Assembly: GCA_002718155.1 (NCBI GenBank)
Contig: PBDS01000019.1
Coordinates: forward strand, 21,227 to 85,226
Reading direction: 5' to 3'
DNA: 64,000 nt
Source of the DNA: Pseudomonadota bacterium
GTDB lineage: Bacteria > Pseudomonadota > Gammaproteobacteria > Arenicellales > UBA868
The notes under the pieces are model-generated. The model did not search any database and was not told the DNA's origin. It saw only the letters and a program-made list of their open reading frames with translations. A program made the position numbers and the translations under genes. Shown here one piece after another: positions 24,797 to 34,108 of the stretch (the stretch's first letter is position 1; each line of letters opens with the position of its first letter).

Positions 24797-26070
24797 CAGA
24801 TCACCTCTTCCGCGGCCAGGACATCGACCGCCTCATCATCCAGGCCAAGGCCGGCCAGTATTTCGCGGTTGTGCTCACCAAGCGCCGGTGCCGGGCTACG
24901 GATCAGGCCCGGCGTCTCGGACAGCCTCGCGGCGACGTTATGCATTGCAACGCTGCCGACCTCCTCGTCCGGCAGGCGCACCATCACCTGGTTCTCGCGG
25001 ACCAGCGGGTCGTGCAGCATCCCCACCGTGTCGTGAACCGGCCCCACCGTGACCCCGGCCTCGCGGAATATCTCGAGCGCTTCAGCCTGATCGTAACTTT
25101 CGATGAAGGCACCGACGATCGGGTCCAGTTGGTCGTTATTGCGCACCCGGTCGGCGTTGGTCAGGAACCTGGGATCGCTGATCAGTTCTGCCTGACCGAT
25201 CGTGCGCATCAGCCGTTCGTACATCGACTGCATCGATGCGGACAACGCCACGTAACACCCGTCGCGGCAGCGGTAGGTGTTCCTCGGCGCAGTCAGGGTC
25301 GAGCGGCTGCCGGTACGTGCCGGCAGCTCGCCGGTCAGTTCATAGAGCGCCGCCTGGGGTCCCAGGATGGACAGCAGAGGATCGAACAGCGGCAGGTCGA
25401 CCACCTGGCCTTTACCGCCTTTGACCTCGCAGTGGCGCAGTGCCACCAGCGTGGCGATCCCGCCGTAGAGTCCGGCCACCATGTCGGCGAGCGCCAGCGG
25501 CGGCAGCACCGGCGGCCGGTCGGCAAAACCGTTGATCTCGGCAAATCCGGTACGGGCCTCGACCAGGCTGCCGAATCCCGGCAGGTTGCGGTCCGGGCCG
25601 ATCTGGCCCCAACCGGAGATCCGCACGATGACGAGTGACGGGTTGACCTCATGCAGCACGTCGGGCCCCAGATCCCACTTCTCCAGCGTCCCCGGTACGA
25701 AGTTCTCGACCAGAACCTGGGCCGTGCGGACCAGATCGAGCAGCAGCGCCCGGCCCCTGGCATGACGCATGTTGAGGGTGATGCTTTTCTTGTTGCGGGC
25801 GTAGACCTTCCAGTGAATGCTCACCCCTTCGACCCGCCAGTTGCGAAGGTCATCACCTTGCCCCGGGCGCTCTACCTTGATCACCTCGGCGCCAAAATCC
25901 GCCAGCACGTGGGTCAGCGCGTTGCCGGCCACCAGGCGGGAGAGATCGAGAATCCGTACCCCGTCGAGCGGCGCCGGTGCGTCCCTGGCGAAATCGACCG
26001 CCGCCAGGCCGAATGGATCCCCTGATGTCAAGGCATCAGCCAGGCGGCGCCACCGCCACCAGAGCGGCAT
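24796..26070 (-). CDS. Family III CoA-transferase (CaiB/BaiF)
   Basis: LDGVRILDLSRLVAGNALTHVLADFGAEVIKVE... is the typical N-terminus. The track ORF extends to 26361, but that overlaps the upstream gene. I use ATG 26070 (ggtgaggtgg upstream); TTG 26031 is the alternative. Confidence 0.8.
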   Translation of the reverse strand: MPLWWRWRRLADALTSGDPFGLAAVDFARDAPAPLDGVRILDLSRLVAGNALTHVLADFGAEVIKVERPGQGDDLRNWRVEGVSIHWKVYARNKKSITLNMRHARGRALLLDLVRTAQVLVENFVPGTLEKWDLGPDVLHEVNPSLVIVRISGWGQIGPDRNLPGFGSLVEARTGFAEINGFADRPPVLPPLALADMVAGLYGGIATLVALRHCEVKGGKGQVVDLPLFDPLLSILGPQAALYELTGELPARTGSRSTLTAPRNTYRCRDGCYVALSASMQSMYERLMRTIGQAELISDPRFLTNADRVRNNDQLDPIVGAFIESYDQAEALEIFREAGVTVGPVHDTVGMLHDPLVRENQVMVRLPDEEVGSVAMHNVAARLSETPGLIRSPAPALGEHNREILAGLGLDDEAVDVLAAEEVI

Positions 26071-26926
26071 CCACCTCACCGGAGACCACACCGGCCAGTC
26101 GGAACACATCGATACTGACAGCCAGCTCGTGCGGAACGATCTCGACCTGCGACGACCAGCAGCCAAGGTTCTGGTAGGCAGCAATGGTATCGGCCAGCAC
26201 CGCGGGCGGGACATCCGGAAAATACGACCGCTCGGATTCGGCGATTTCCTGCGGCGGCGCTTCGGCGACCCACTGCCGGGCGTTGCGGAAGGCGCGCATG
26301 AAGGCGGTCGCCGGCTTGCCCGCCAGCCACGCCGGGGTGGAGGCCAGGCTCGAGAATGCACAGCGGCCGACCCAGTCGCCGACCCGGCCGACGATCGAAC
26401 CTACACCGTCCGCCTCGAGCTGCTGCGGGGCCGGGCCCTGCAGATGAATGTAGTCACCTTCTCCTGCCCGGAACGCGGCGATCATGTCATCGGTGGCCCC
26501 GGCGTCGATCGCCTCCAGCGAGGCGGGGTCGATCCCGCCTTTGTGACAGGCATAGCGGAACATGTGCAGCGGCTGACCACCATGATCGACAATCACCCGC
26601 CGTCCGGCGAGATTGCCGATCTCGAACCGGGATTCCGGTTCACGTCCGACCAGGAAGAAGCCGTCGGTGCAGTTGATCTGGGCAAAGTGCAGCGCCGGCG
26701 GCGCCTCACCGCGTTCGGCAAAGGCGAAGGCCTGGCTGGGCGCGGACTGCACGACGTCGACCTCGCCTTCGCTCAGCGCCTTGATGGCGGATACCCCGGG
26801 CTTAGACACCGACGACTCGCCGGCGAGTCCTTCCGCGGCCAGAAAGCCTCCGCAGATAGTGGCGATCAGCGGCGAGTAAAAGGCCGAGAAACGGGTGAAC
26901 TGGATCCGGACCGTATCGATGGTCAT
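26036..26926 (-). CDS. NMT1/THI5/SsuA-like solute-binding-fold protein without a signal peptide
   Basis: 296 aa starting MTIDTVRIQFTRFSAFYSPLIATICGGFLAAEGL. The periplasmic-binding-protein-like layout (…NLAGRRVIVDHGG…MIAAFRAGEGDYIHL…) is present, but there is no hydrophobic leader. Confidence 0.6.
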   Translation of the reverse strand: MTIDTVRIQFTRFSAFYSPLIATICGGFLAAEGLAGESSVSKPGVSAIKALSEGEVDVVQSAPSQAFAFAERGEAPPALHFAQINCTDGFFLVGREPESRFEIGNLAGRRVIVDHGGQPLHMFRYACHKGGIDPASLEAIDAGATDDMIAAFRAGEGDYIHLQGPAPQQLEADGVGSIVGRVGDWVGRCAFSSLASTPAWLAGKPATAFMRAFRNARQWVAEAPPQEIAESERSYFPDVPPAVLADTIAAYQNLGCWSSQVEIVPHELAVSIDVFRLAGVVSGEVDAALVAVAPPG

Positions 26927-26927
26927 T

Positions 26928-27695
26928 TCACCCCCCCTGGACCGAATAGCCCCCGTCGACCGGGATGGCCGTACCGGTCAGAAAATCCGAAGCAGCCGAG
27001 GCCAGAAACACCGCAATACCCGATAGGTCACCCGGAATGCCCCAGCGCCCGGCAGGGGTCCGCGCCTCGACCCGTTCGTGCAGACCTTCGACCTGCTGTC
27101 TCCCTCTGCGGGTCAGCTCGGTGTCGATCCAGCCCGGCAGCACGGCATTGACCTGAATGTTGTCCTTACCCCAGGCGCAGGCCATGCCCTTGGTCATCTG
27201 TACGATACCGCCCTTGCTGGATGCGTAGGGCACCGTGAACGATGCCCCGAAAATCGACATCATCGATCCGATATTGATGATCTTGCCCCCGCCGGCACTT
27301 TTCATGTGCGGGTAAACACCCTGGCTGAGCATGAACGCACTAGTCAGGTTGGTCTCGATGACTTCCTGCCACTCGGTGAGGGTGTATTCCTCCGGCTGCT
27401 TGCGGACATTGGTGCCGGCGTTGTTCACCAGCACGTCGACCCGCCCGAAGTCACTGATCACAGCCTCGATGAGACTCCGGCACGACGCCTCGTCGCGCGC
27501 CTGAAGCGCCACAAACCCGGAGCGCACCCCCAGGCCCTTGAGTGACTCGACCGCCGCCTCGCCTTTTGCCGCATCGCGCGCCGCCACGACCACCGACGCA
27601 CCGGCCCCGGCCAGGCCCTCGGCCATGCCGAGCCCGATCCCGCCGTTTCCGCCGGTGACGATTGCCACCCGCTCTTTAAGATCAAAAAGATCCAT
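26928..27695 (-). CDS. Short-chain dehydrogenase/reductase (SDR)
   Basis: VTGGNGGIGLG cofactor motif and YASSKGGI catalytic motif; 255 aa. Confidence 0.9.
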   Translation of the reverse strand: MDLFDLKERVAIVTGGNGGIGLGMAEGLAGAGASVVVAARDAAKGEAAVESLKGLGVRSGFVALQARDEASCRSLIEAVISDFGRVDVLVNNAGTNVRKQPEEYTLTEWQEVIETNLTSAFMLSQGVYPHMKSAGGGKIINIGSMMSIFGASFTVPYASSKGGIVQMTKGMACAWGKDNIQVNAVLPGWIDTELTRRGRQQVEGLHERVEARTPAGRWGIPGDLSGIAVFLASAASDFLTGTAIPVDGGYSVQGG

Positions 27696-27726
27696 GCTGG
27701 GTTCCTCTTTATCCCCGAGTGAAAGC

Positions 27727-28515
27727 TCAGACGCAGCGGGCCAGAAACCCGGTCAGCGCATCGTTGAATGCGCCCTGCTGCTCGACGTTCGAGAAGTGCA
27801 GCGCATCCGGAATCACCACCAGCTCCGAACCTGCGATCTGCCGGTTGATCAACTCGTGCGCAGCCACCGGCGTGCCCGGGTCGTCCTCACCGACGATCAG
27901 CAGAGTGGGCACGCTGATCGAGGGCAGGCGGTCGGTGACGTTCAGCCCCATGATGGCGTGACAGCAGCCGCAGTAGCCTTCGACCGGCGTTGCGCGGATC
28001 ATGTCGCGGACCTTGTCGACTTCCGCGCTCGAGCGGGCCTGGTAATCCGCCGAGAACCACCGATCGATGGTCCCATCCACCAGCGACTCCATGCCGCTGG
28101 ATCTTGCCGCACCGATACGATCCTTCCAGGTGCCGCGCAGCGCTTCGGGCACTGCACTGGAGGTGTCGCACAAACTGAGTGATAGAAAACGACTCTGGTC
28201 CTTGACGGCGGCAGTCTGGCCGATCATGCCACCCATCGACAGCCCCACGTAGTGGACCGTCTCCAGCCCAAGCGCATCGAGCAGAGCAAAAAGATCGTCG
28301 GCCAGAAGATCCAACGTGTAGTCATCTACAGGCGCATCGGTACCACCGTGCCCGCGGGTGTCATAGCGCACCACGCGGTAGGGCGAAAGAACCGGCATCT
28401 GCCAGTCCCACATCGTAAGGTTCGCCGACAGCGAGTGACTCATCACCACGACCGGTGCATCGGCCGGACCGTCGACGGCGTAGCGCATGGAAATACCGTT
28501 TGCCTGGACCTGCAT
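27727..28515 (-). CDS. Alpha/beta hydrolase, 3-oxoadipate enol-lactonase-like
   Basis: 262 aa with GLSMGG elbow, VRYDTRGHG, and C-terminal IPDALHFSNVE. The overall pattern is PcaD-like. Confidence 0.8.
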   Translation of the reverse strand: MQVQANGISMRYAVDGPADAPVVVMSHSLSANLTMWDWQMPVLSPYRVVRYDTRGHGGTDAPVDDYTLDLLADDLFALLDALGLETVHYVGLSMGGMIGQTAAVKDQSRFLSLSLCDTSSAVPEALRGTWKDRIGAARSSGMESLVDGTIDRWFSADYQARSSAEVDKVRDMIRATPVEGYCGCCHAIMGLNVTDRLPSISVPTLLIVGEDDPGTPVAAHELINRQIAGSELVVIPDALHFSNVEQQGAFNDALTGFLARCV

Positions 28516-28702
28516 GGTTCAATCCCCCAGTTTTCAAACCGTGTTTAGGCTTATTGCCTGTCAGCCCGCGAAACCGGCCGGGCCACTGCGCTCGGCCGGT
28601 CGAACACAATGGCGCGTCGCGGCCGTGATGGCAAGCCCCGCGCTGAGACGCCGGCTTTCAAGCGCCACTGCCAGCGAATACGAATGCGGGTTCCGTCCGG
28701 TG

Positions 28703-29632
28703 CTAGGCCGAAGGTTCTTCGCCGGGGTCTTCGCTGCCGCCCGGCCCGGAATCGGCAGGCAGCTGGGCCGCGGCCGCCTGGATGGTCTGCGCCAAAGTAC
28801 GCTCCGCATCGATGGTCTCGGGGCTTTCATCGGCAAACGGGGTTGCCTCCAGCAGCCGGTAGACCGCCGCAGCGCCCAGGTGAAAATGCGGCGTCACACC
28901 CTGGCCTGCAAAGGTGGTCGCGATCTCCTCCATCTCACCGATCCAGCGGTGTGCGTTCGGCGGCAGCCTCGGAATGGAAGCCTCCATGCTTTTCAGTGCG
29001 GCCGCCTGGCTGTAGGCAAACTCCTCGCGCAGCTCATCGCTCAGGCCTAGCGATTCAGCGACCGTCAGCAGAGCGACCTGCAGCGTACTGGTGCCCTTGG
29101 TCAAGGCGGCGTAGCACATCTTGATACCAGAGGCCCTGCCACTGGTCTCGCCGAGCGACTTGACGGCAATGCCCTTGCCGTCCAGCGGCAGCATGGCCGC
29201 GGCATGAACACCGGAGACGTAAAAGCGTGGCGGCACACCCGGCCCTGGCGGCCCGCCGATGATCGAGCCATCGATGAACTTGCCGCCGGCCGACTGGATA
29301 AGAGTCTCGATCATCGCGCTGCGCATCGGCGAGATCGCGTTGCAGTCGGCGATGTACGGCTCGGCACCGGTGCTCTTAAGCGCCGCGGCGAGCTCCCGGG
29401 CAAAGGTCTCGGCGTTTGCCGGCACCAGGATCGACAGGACCAGCTCTGCTTCACTCACCAGGTCTTCCAGCGTCGGCACTTCTTTAAAGCCCGCAGCGCG
29501 GGCCAGCGCCTGCGTGCGCTCACTACGCCCGGCAAGGCAAGTGATGATCTGCACACCGTGTTCGGCCAGGGCGCGCCCGACTGCGTGCCCCATGTCGCCG
29601 GGGCTCAGGATCGCAACTTTTTCAGCCGCCAT
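28703..29632 (-). CDS. NAD(P)-binding oxidoreductase of the 6-PGDH-NAD-binding/DUF1932 type
   Basis: Rossmann start VAILSPGDMGHAVG. The C-terminal helical domain carries CYAALTKGT, followed by an acidic low-complexity tail (SGPGGSEDPGEEPSA). Confidence 0.7.
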   Translation of the reverse strand: MAAEKVAILSPGDMGHAVGRALAEHGVQIITCLAGRSERTQALARAAGFKEVPTLEDLVSEAELVLSILVPANAETFARELAAALKSTGAEPYIADCNAISPMRSAMIETLIQSAGGKFIDGSIIGGPPGPGVPPRFYVSGVHAAAMLPLDGKGIAVKSLGETSGRASGIKMCYAALTKGTSTLQVALLTVAESLGLSDELREEFAYSQAAALKSMEASIPRLPPNAHRWIGEMEEIATTFAGQGVTPHFHLGAAAVYRLLEATPFADESPETIDAERTLAQTIQAAAAQLPADSGPGGSEDPGEEPSA

Positions 29633-29761
29633 GCATTACTCCGATACCTTGGGTCTGTTGAAAGCCGGCCCGCTCGTGCTCTTCTGGACGTGACGATACG
29701 TACTGGCCGGACTGAAACCGGGCAGAATGCCGGCGCATCACTGCACCGGCGGCGGGCGCTG

Positions 29762-29863
29762 CTAGCCGTTGACCAGCGGTCCGCCGAACAGCAGGAAAAG
29801 AACGATCGCAATGACTCCAACAGCGACCCAGAAGTTCTCATTTTTCAGGATCGGTTGACCCAT
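29762..29863 (-). CDS. Unannotated 33-aa single-helix membrane peptide (candidate)
   Basis: Below the track's size cut-off. Hand translation gives aggag-tagccc-ATG followed by MGQPILKNENFWVAVGVIAIVLFLLFGGPLVNG and TAG. It has a canonical SD with a 6-nt spacer and one hydrophobic helix. It lies 129 nt upstream of the next minus-strand gene. Confidence 0.45.
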   Translation of the reverse strand: MGQPILKNENFWVAVGVIAIVLFLLFGGPLVNG

Positions 29864-30114
29864 GGGCTACTCCTGATCTTGGCTCAGGCTAGAGCAATAC
29901 CCTAACACACTTGGGCGGGCGAAAACGCTGCCAGGAGTGCAGACCCCGGGTTCCTTTCCGGCAACGGCCAAACCTTGAGCGACCACCTGCACATCATCCT
30001 CGACCGAATCCCTGCGCGACATCAACATGAAGATCTACCGCGCCTACGAAGCCATGGTGCTGGGACGACCAAAAACGGCACGGTGCTTGTGATCCGCTCG
30101 ATATTGAAAGCGGC

Positions 30115-30867
30115 TTAAGTCTCGGCACCGCCGTTGCAGGCGATCATCTGCCCCGTTACGAACCCCCCGCCGTCGGACACCAGGTACGCGCACAGAGAGG
30201 CGATGTGGTCGGGCTCACCCAGATGCCCCAAGGGAATGCGTCCGACCTGATCCTGGATGTGGCGCGCCAGCTCGGCATCGTCGTGCTCGGAGCGGATCGG
30301 CCCCGGTGAGATGGCGTTGACGGTGATGCCGCTGGAACCGAACTCCTTGGCGAGCGCCTTGGTCAAACCCCAGAGGCCGTGCTTGGCGACCGATACCGGT
30401 ACCCGGCCCTTGTAGCCGTGGATGGCATTCATACCAGTCAGATTGATGATCCGGCCCCAACCATTGTCGACCATTCCAGGCAGCACTTCGTGACAGGTGT
30501 AGAACGCCGCGTTCAGATCGACGTCCAGCACCCGGTGCCAGTCATCGTCGGTGGTCTCCAGAAAAGACTTGAGCGGCCGGATCGCAGCGTTGTTGACCAG
30601 CACGTCAATCCGGCCGAAGGCCCCGGCCCCGGCCCGGCAGATTTCGCGGGCCGCATTGCGATCACCGATATCGCCCATTGCGACGAGCGCCCGGGCACCC
30701 AGATCTTCCACCTCGCCTGCAACCGACTCACACGCTGCAAGGTTCGAAGAGCCATTGACAACGACATTGCAGCCCTGTCCGGCGAGCGCCAGGGCAACCG
30801 CCCGACCGATGTTGCGGCCGCTGCCGGTAACCAGCGCCGTGCGGGTGACTGTGTCGGCTTTCATCAT
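30115..30867 (-). CDS. SDR-family oxidoreductase with a non-canonical active-site segment
   Basis: VTGSGRNIGRA cofactor motif and NNAA. The start is ambiguous among ATG 30876, 30867 and 30864; the track start 31008 would overlap the divergent gene. Where YxxxK is expected the sequence reads VSVAK. Confidence 0.75.
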   Translation of the reverse strand: MMKADTVTRTALVTGSGRNIGRAVALALAGQGCNVVVNGSSNLAACESVAGEVEDLGARALVAMGDIGDRNAAREICRAGAGAFGRIDVLVNNAAIRPLKSFLETTDDDWHRVLDVDLNAAFYTCHEVLPGMVDNGWGRIINLTGMNAIHGYKGRVPVSVAKHGLWGLTKALAKEFGSSGITVNAISPGPIRSEHDDAELARHIQDQVGRIPLGHLGEPDHIASLCAYLVSDGGGFVTGQMIACNGGAET

Positions 30868-30983
30868 CGGGCACATTGTAACGCCGATTCTGTCGGCTGG
30901 TCCGGCTTGCAGGCTCGACCCGCACGGGCCATCATAGACAGCCCGATCCGCCACCTGGCAACGCCGTTCCAGCCCAAACCTGC

Positions 30984-31958
30984 ATGAGTGCCCTTCCAGA
31001 ACAATCACAGACCCACATCCTGTTCTCCCACACCGCCTACCAGATGGCGCAGTGCTTCGAGCAACTCGACACCGGTATCAGCCACGAACAGGCCTGGACA
31101 CCCGGGGAGACCCTTGCCGGCCTGCCGCAGGCCGACGTGCTGGTGATCTCCGGTTTCTGGGACGATCAATTTCTGGAGCACTGTCCGCGGCTTCGCTATA
31201 TCCAATCGATCGGCGCCGGCTACGACCAGTTTCCACTGGAGCGCCTGCGTGAGCGGGGCATCTTTCTGTCCAACGCCACAGGCGTGAATGCTGATGCCGT
31301 CAGTCAGCATGCAATGGGGCTCGCGCTGGGCCTGATCCGACAGCTGCACTCGGGTCGCGACAACCAGAGCAAACGCTTCTGGCGCAGCATGATCTCGAAC
31401 ATCGCCGACCGCGAGGACGACCTGGTCGGACACACTCTGCTGATCATCGGACTGGGTGCGATCGGCGAGCGGCTCGCAGGGCTCGCTAAAGCCTTCGGTA
31501 TGACGGTCATCGGTATCAAGCGCGACACGGCCACCCACGGGGGCCAGGCGGACGAAGTCCACAGCCCCGCCGACCTGCCGGCGCTTCTCGAGCGGGCGGA
31601 CTTCGTCGCGCTGTGCTGTCCGCTGACCCCCGAAACCCACCAGATCATCGACACCGCGGCGCTCAAGGCCATGAAGCCATCGGCTTATCTCATCAACGTG
31701 GCGCGGGGCGGCTGCGTCCATGAACCGGCCCTGCTCGAAGCCCTGACTGGCAACTGGATTGCCGGGGCCGCCATAGACCACTTCAACGACGAGCCGCTGC
31801 CCGAGTTATCGCCGTTCTGGACACTGGACAACCTGATCATCACGCCGCACACCGGCGGCGAGACACGCAAGTACGAAGACAACGTCATCGAGATCCTCAG
31901 GGAGAACCTTGCGCGCCTGTGGTCGGGTGAGACGACGCTGAGAAATCAGATCGTCTGA
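30984..31958 (+). CDS. D-isomer-specific 2-hydroxyacid dehydrogenase family
   Basis: GHTLLIIGLGAIGERLA NAD motif, INVARGGCVHE, and ITPHTGG (catalytic His). Confidence 0.85.
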   Translation: MSALPEQSQTHILFSHTAYQMAQCFEQLDTGISHEQAWTPGETLAGLPQADVLVISGFWDDQFLEHCPRLRYIQSIGAGYDQFPLERLRERGIFLSNATGVNADAVSQHAMGLALGLIRQLHSGRDNQSKRFWRSMISNIADREDDLVGHTLLIIGLGAIGERLAGLAKAFGMTVIGIKRDTATHGGQADEVHSPADLPALLERADFVALCCPLTPETHQIIDTAALKAMKPSAYLINVARGGCVHEPALLEALTGNWIAGAAIDHFNDEPLPELSPFWTLDNLIITPHTGGETRKYEDNVIEILRENLARLWSGETTLRNQIV

Positions 31959-32029
31959 TTCACGGTCTGTAATCTCGAGTTAATCGATTCGGTTAAGATC
32001 AGTCTGACACGCCACCCCTGAGACCTGAT

Positions 32030-33136
32030 ATGGAACTCGGCCTTTTCGCTCAACCGGTACACCGCCCCGAGAAACCCTGGGCTACAGCACTCGCCGAGGA
32101 CCGGGAAGCGGTGATCCTCGCCGACCGCCTGGGCTTTTCCGAGGTGTGGATCGGTGAACATTTCTCGACCAAAGCGGAGCAGATCCCTTCGCCGCTGATG
32201 TTCATGGCAACGCTGCTCGCCGATGCACCGTCGATCCGCTTTGCCACCGGGGTCATCAACCTGCCCTATCACAACCCGGTGATCGTAGCGGCCGAGGTGG
32301 CCCAGTTCGATCAGTTGAGCGGCGGCCGGTTGATCCTGGGTATCGGCCCGGGCGGCCTGATGAGCGACGCAGAGCTTTTCGGCGACAAGGAGATGCCGGC
32401 GCGTTACGGAATCGCGCTGGAGGCCCTGGACCTGATGGTCAGGCTATGGGCCGAGGCGGCACCGCTCTCTCATCACGGTGAGCACTTTGACTACTCCCTG
32501 GATCGCCGGGTCTGGCTCAGTCACGGCGTTGGCGAGATGGCAAGACCCCTGCAGCAACCGCACCCGCCCATCGCTCTCGCCATGGTCGGGCCCGGCGGCC
32601 TGACCGCCGAGACCATCGCGGCACGGGATTTCATTCCGATCTCGGCCAACTTCGTGCCCGTGGAGACTGTTGCTGCCCAGTGGCAGGCGTATTCGGCGAC
32701 CCGCCAGAAACTCGGCAGACCCGCCGACCGACTGATCTGGCGGGTCTGCCGCAATATTCTGGTGACCGATTCAAACGCCCAGGCCGAGGACATTCTTGCC
32801 GACCCCGATGGCGTGTTCGCCTACTACTATCGCTACATTCGCGGAGTGCGGCAGATCGAAGATTTTAAGGACCGACAGCACGAACCGCTGAGTGTTCTGA
32901 ACGAGATCGTCGAAGTGCCCCAGGCACTGGACGATTGCGTGATCGCGGGTACGGCCGACACCGTGCTCGATCGACTGATCGCTCTGACCGACCAGCTCGG
33001 GCGTTTCGGCACACTGGTGATGGTGGCTCACGACTGGGACGACAGCGACCTGTGGCCGGCCTCGATGCAGCGTCTGGCCGGCGACATCATGCCCCGGCTT
33101 TCCCAGCACACCGACCAGTTGCCGGCGCTGGACTGA
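32030..33136 (+). CDS. Luciferase-like (LLM) flavin-dependent monooxygenase
   Basis: MELGLFAQP...LGFSEVWIGEHFS...FATGVINLPYHNPVIVAAEVAQFDQLSGGRLILGIGPGG is the typical LLM N-terminal half. Confidence 0.85.
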   Translation: MELGLFAQPVHRPEKPWATALAEDREAVILADRLGFSEVWIGEHFSTKAEQIPSPLMFMATLLADAPSIRFATGVINLPYHNPVIVAAEVAQFDQLSGGRLILGIGPGGLMSDAELFGDKEMPARYGIALEALDLMVRLWAEAAPLSHHGEHFDYSLDRRVWLSHGVGEMARPLQQPHPPIALAMVGPGGLTAETIAARDFIPISANFVPVETVAAQWQAYSATRQKLGRPADRLIWRVCRNILVTDSNAQAEDILADPDGVFAYYYRYIRGVRQIEDFKDRQHEPLSVLNEIVEVPQALDDCVIAGTADTVLDRLIALTDQLGRFGTLVMVAHDWDDSDLWPASMQRLAGDIMPRLSQHTDQLPALD

Positions 33137-33219
33137 CCCAAAATACCCGAAGAACCTACAATTAGACCGCACGAGCGGGATGAATCCTGTAGCCCCCACC
33201 CAAAACCGAGGAGCCCACT

Positions 33220-34011
33220 GTGATCGTTGAGCAAATCTGGACGGCAAACGCCTGGCGAAATTTCAATTACCTCGTGGCCTGCGCCGAGACCGGCGAGGCA
33301 CTGGCCGTGGACCCGCTCGACCATGAGAAATGCCTGGCCAAGGCAAAGGCCATGGGCTGGAACGTGACCCAGATCCTCAATACCCATGAGCACGGCGACC
33401 ACACCGGCGGCAACGGCCCGATGGTGGCCGCGACGGGTGCCAGCATCATCGCCCATGCCAACGCGCGCGATGCGATCCCGGACATGGACCGGGGACTGAA
33501 CGCCGGCGATGTGGTCAAGGTCGGCAACACCGTGGAGCTTGAGGTTCTGGATACACCAGGCCACACCATGAGCCACGTCTGTTTGCTGTCGCGCACTGAT
33601 CACCCGGCCATATTTTGTGGCGACACGCTGTTCAATGCCGGTGCCGGCAACTGTCACAACGGCGGACACCCCGAGGAACTCTACGAGACCTTCGCCAGCC
33701 AGCTCTCCAAGCTGACTGATGAGACAAAGGTCTATCCCGGCCACGACTACTGGGCGAACAACCTGGAATTTACCCTCGACCGGGAGCCTGGCAACGACAG
33801 GGCCCGGACGCTGATGGAAGATACCGGCACCCAGGACCCGGACAACGCACTGGTCTCGACGCTCGGCCTCGAAAAAGAGGTCAACACCTTCTTCCGACTG
33901 CACAACCCCAGCGTGATCGCCGGCCTGCGGGAACGCTTTCCCGACCTGCCGGACGTACCAGATCCCAAGACAGTGTTTGTCAAACTCCGTGACCTGCGCA
34001 ACAACTGGTGA
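33220..34011 (+). CDS. gloB: Hydroxyacylglutathione hydrolase (glyoxalase II-type MBL)
   Basis: GTG start. NYLVACAETGEALAVDP, HxHxDH as NTHEHGDHTGG, TPGHT, FCGDTLF, PGHDY and C-terminal NTFFRL follow the GloB pattern end to end. Confidence 0.8.
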   Translation: MIVEQIWTANAWRNFNYLVACAETGEALAVDPLDHEKCLAKAKAMGWNVTQILNTHEHGDHTGGNGPMVAATGASIIAHANARDAIPDMDRGLNAGDVVKVGNTVELEVLDTPGHTMSHVCLLSRTDHPAIFCGDTLFNAGAGNCHNGGHPEELYETFASQLSKLTDETKVYPGHDYWANNLEFTLDREPGNDRARTLMEDTGTQDPDNALVSTLGLEKEVNTFFRLHNPSVIAGLRERFPDLPDVPDPKTVFVKLRDLRNNW

Positions 34012-34108
34012 GGCCGGCTAGCAGCAGGTATCCTTACCGAAACGGACCACGACCTGCACAACCGTCCACCGGTTCAGACAGGACGCACCATCGAACAGGA
34101 AATAGCAA

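Noticed and set aside
29864-30114. Possible gene fragment in the spacer downstream of the SDR (frame reading ...SLRDINMKIYRAYEAMVLGRPKTARCL-stop).
   Set aside because: Only ~35 codons are open, bounded by an upstream TGA. There is no SD and no recognisable family, so it is treated as non-coding.
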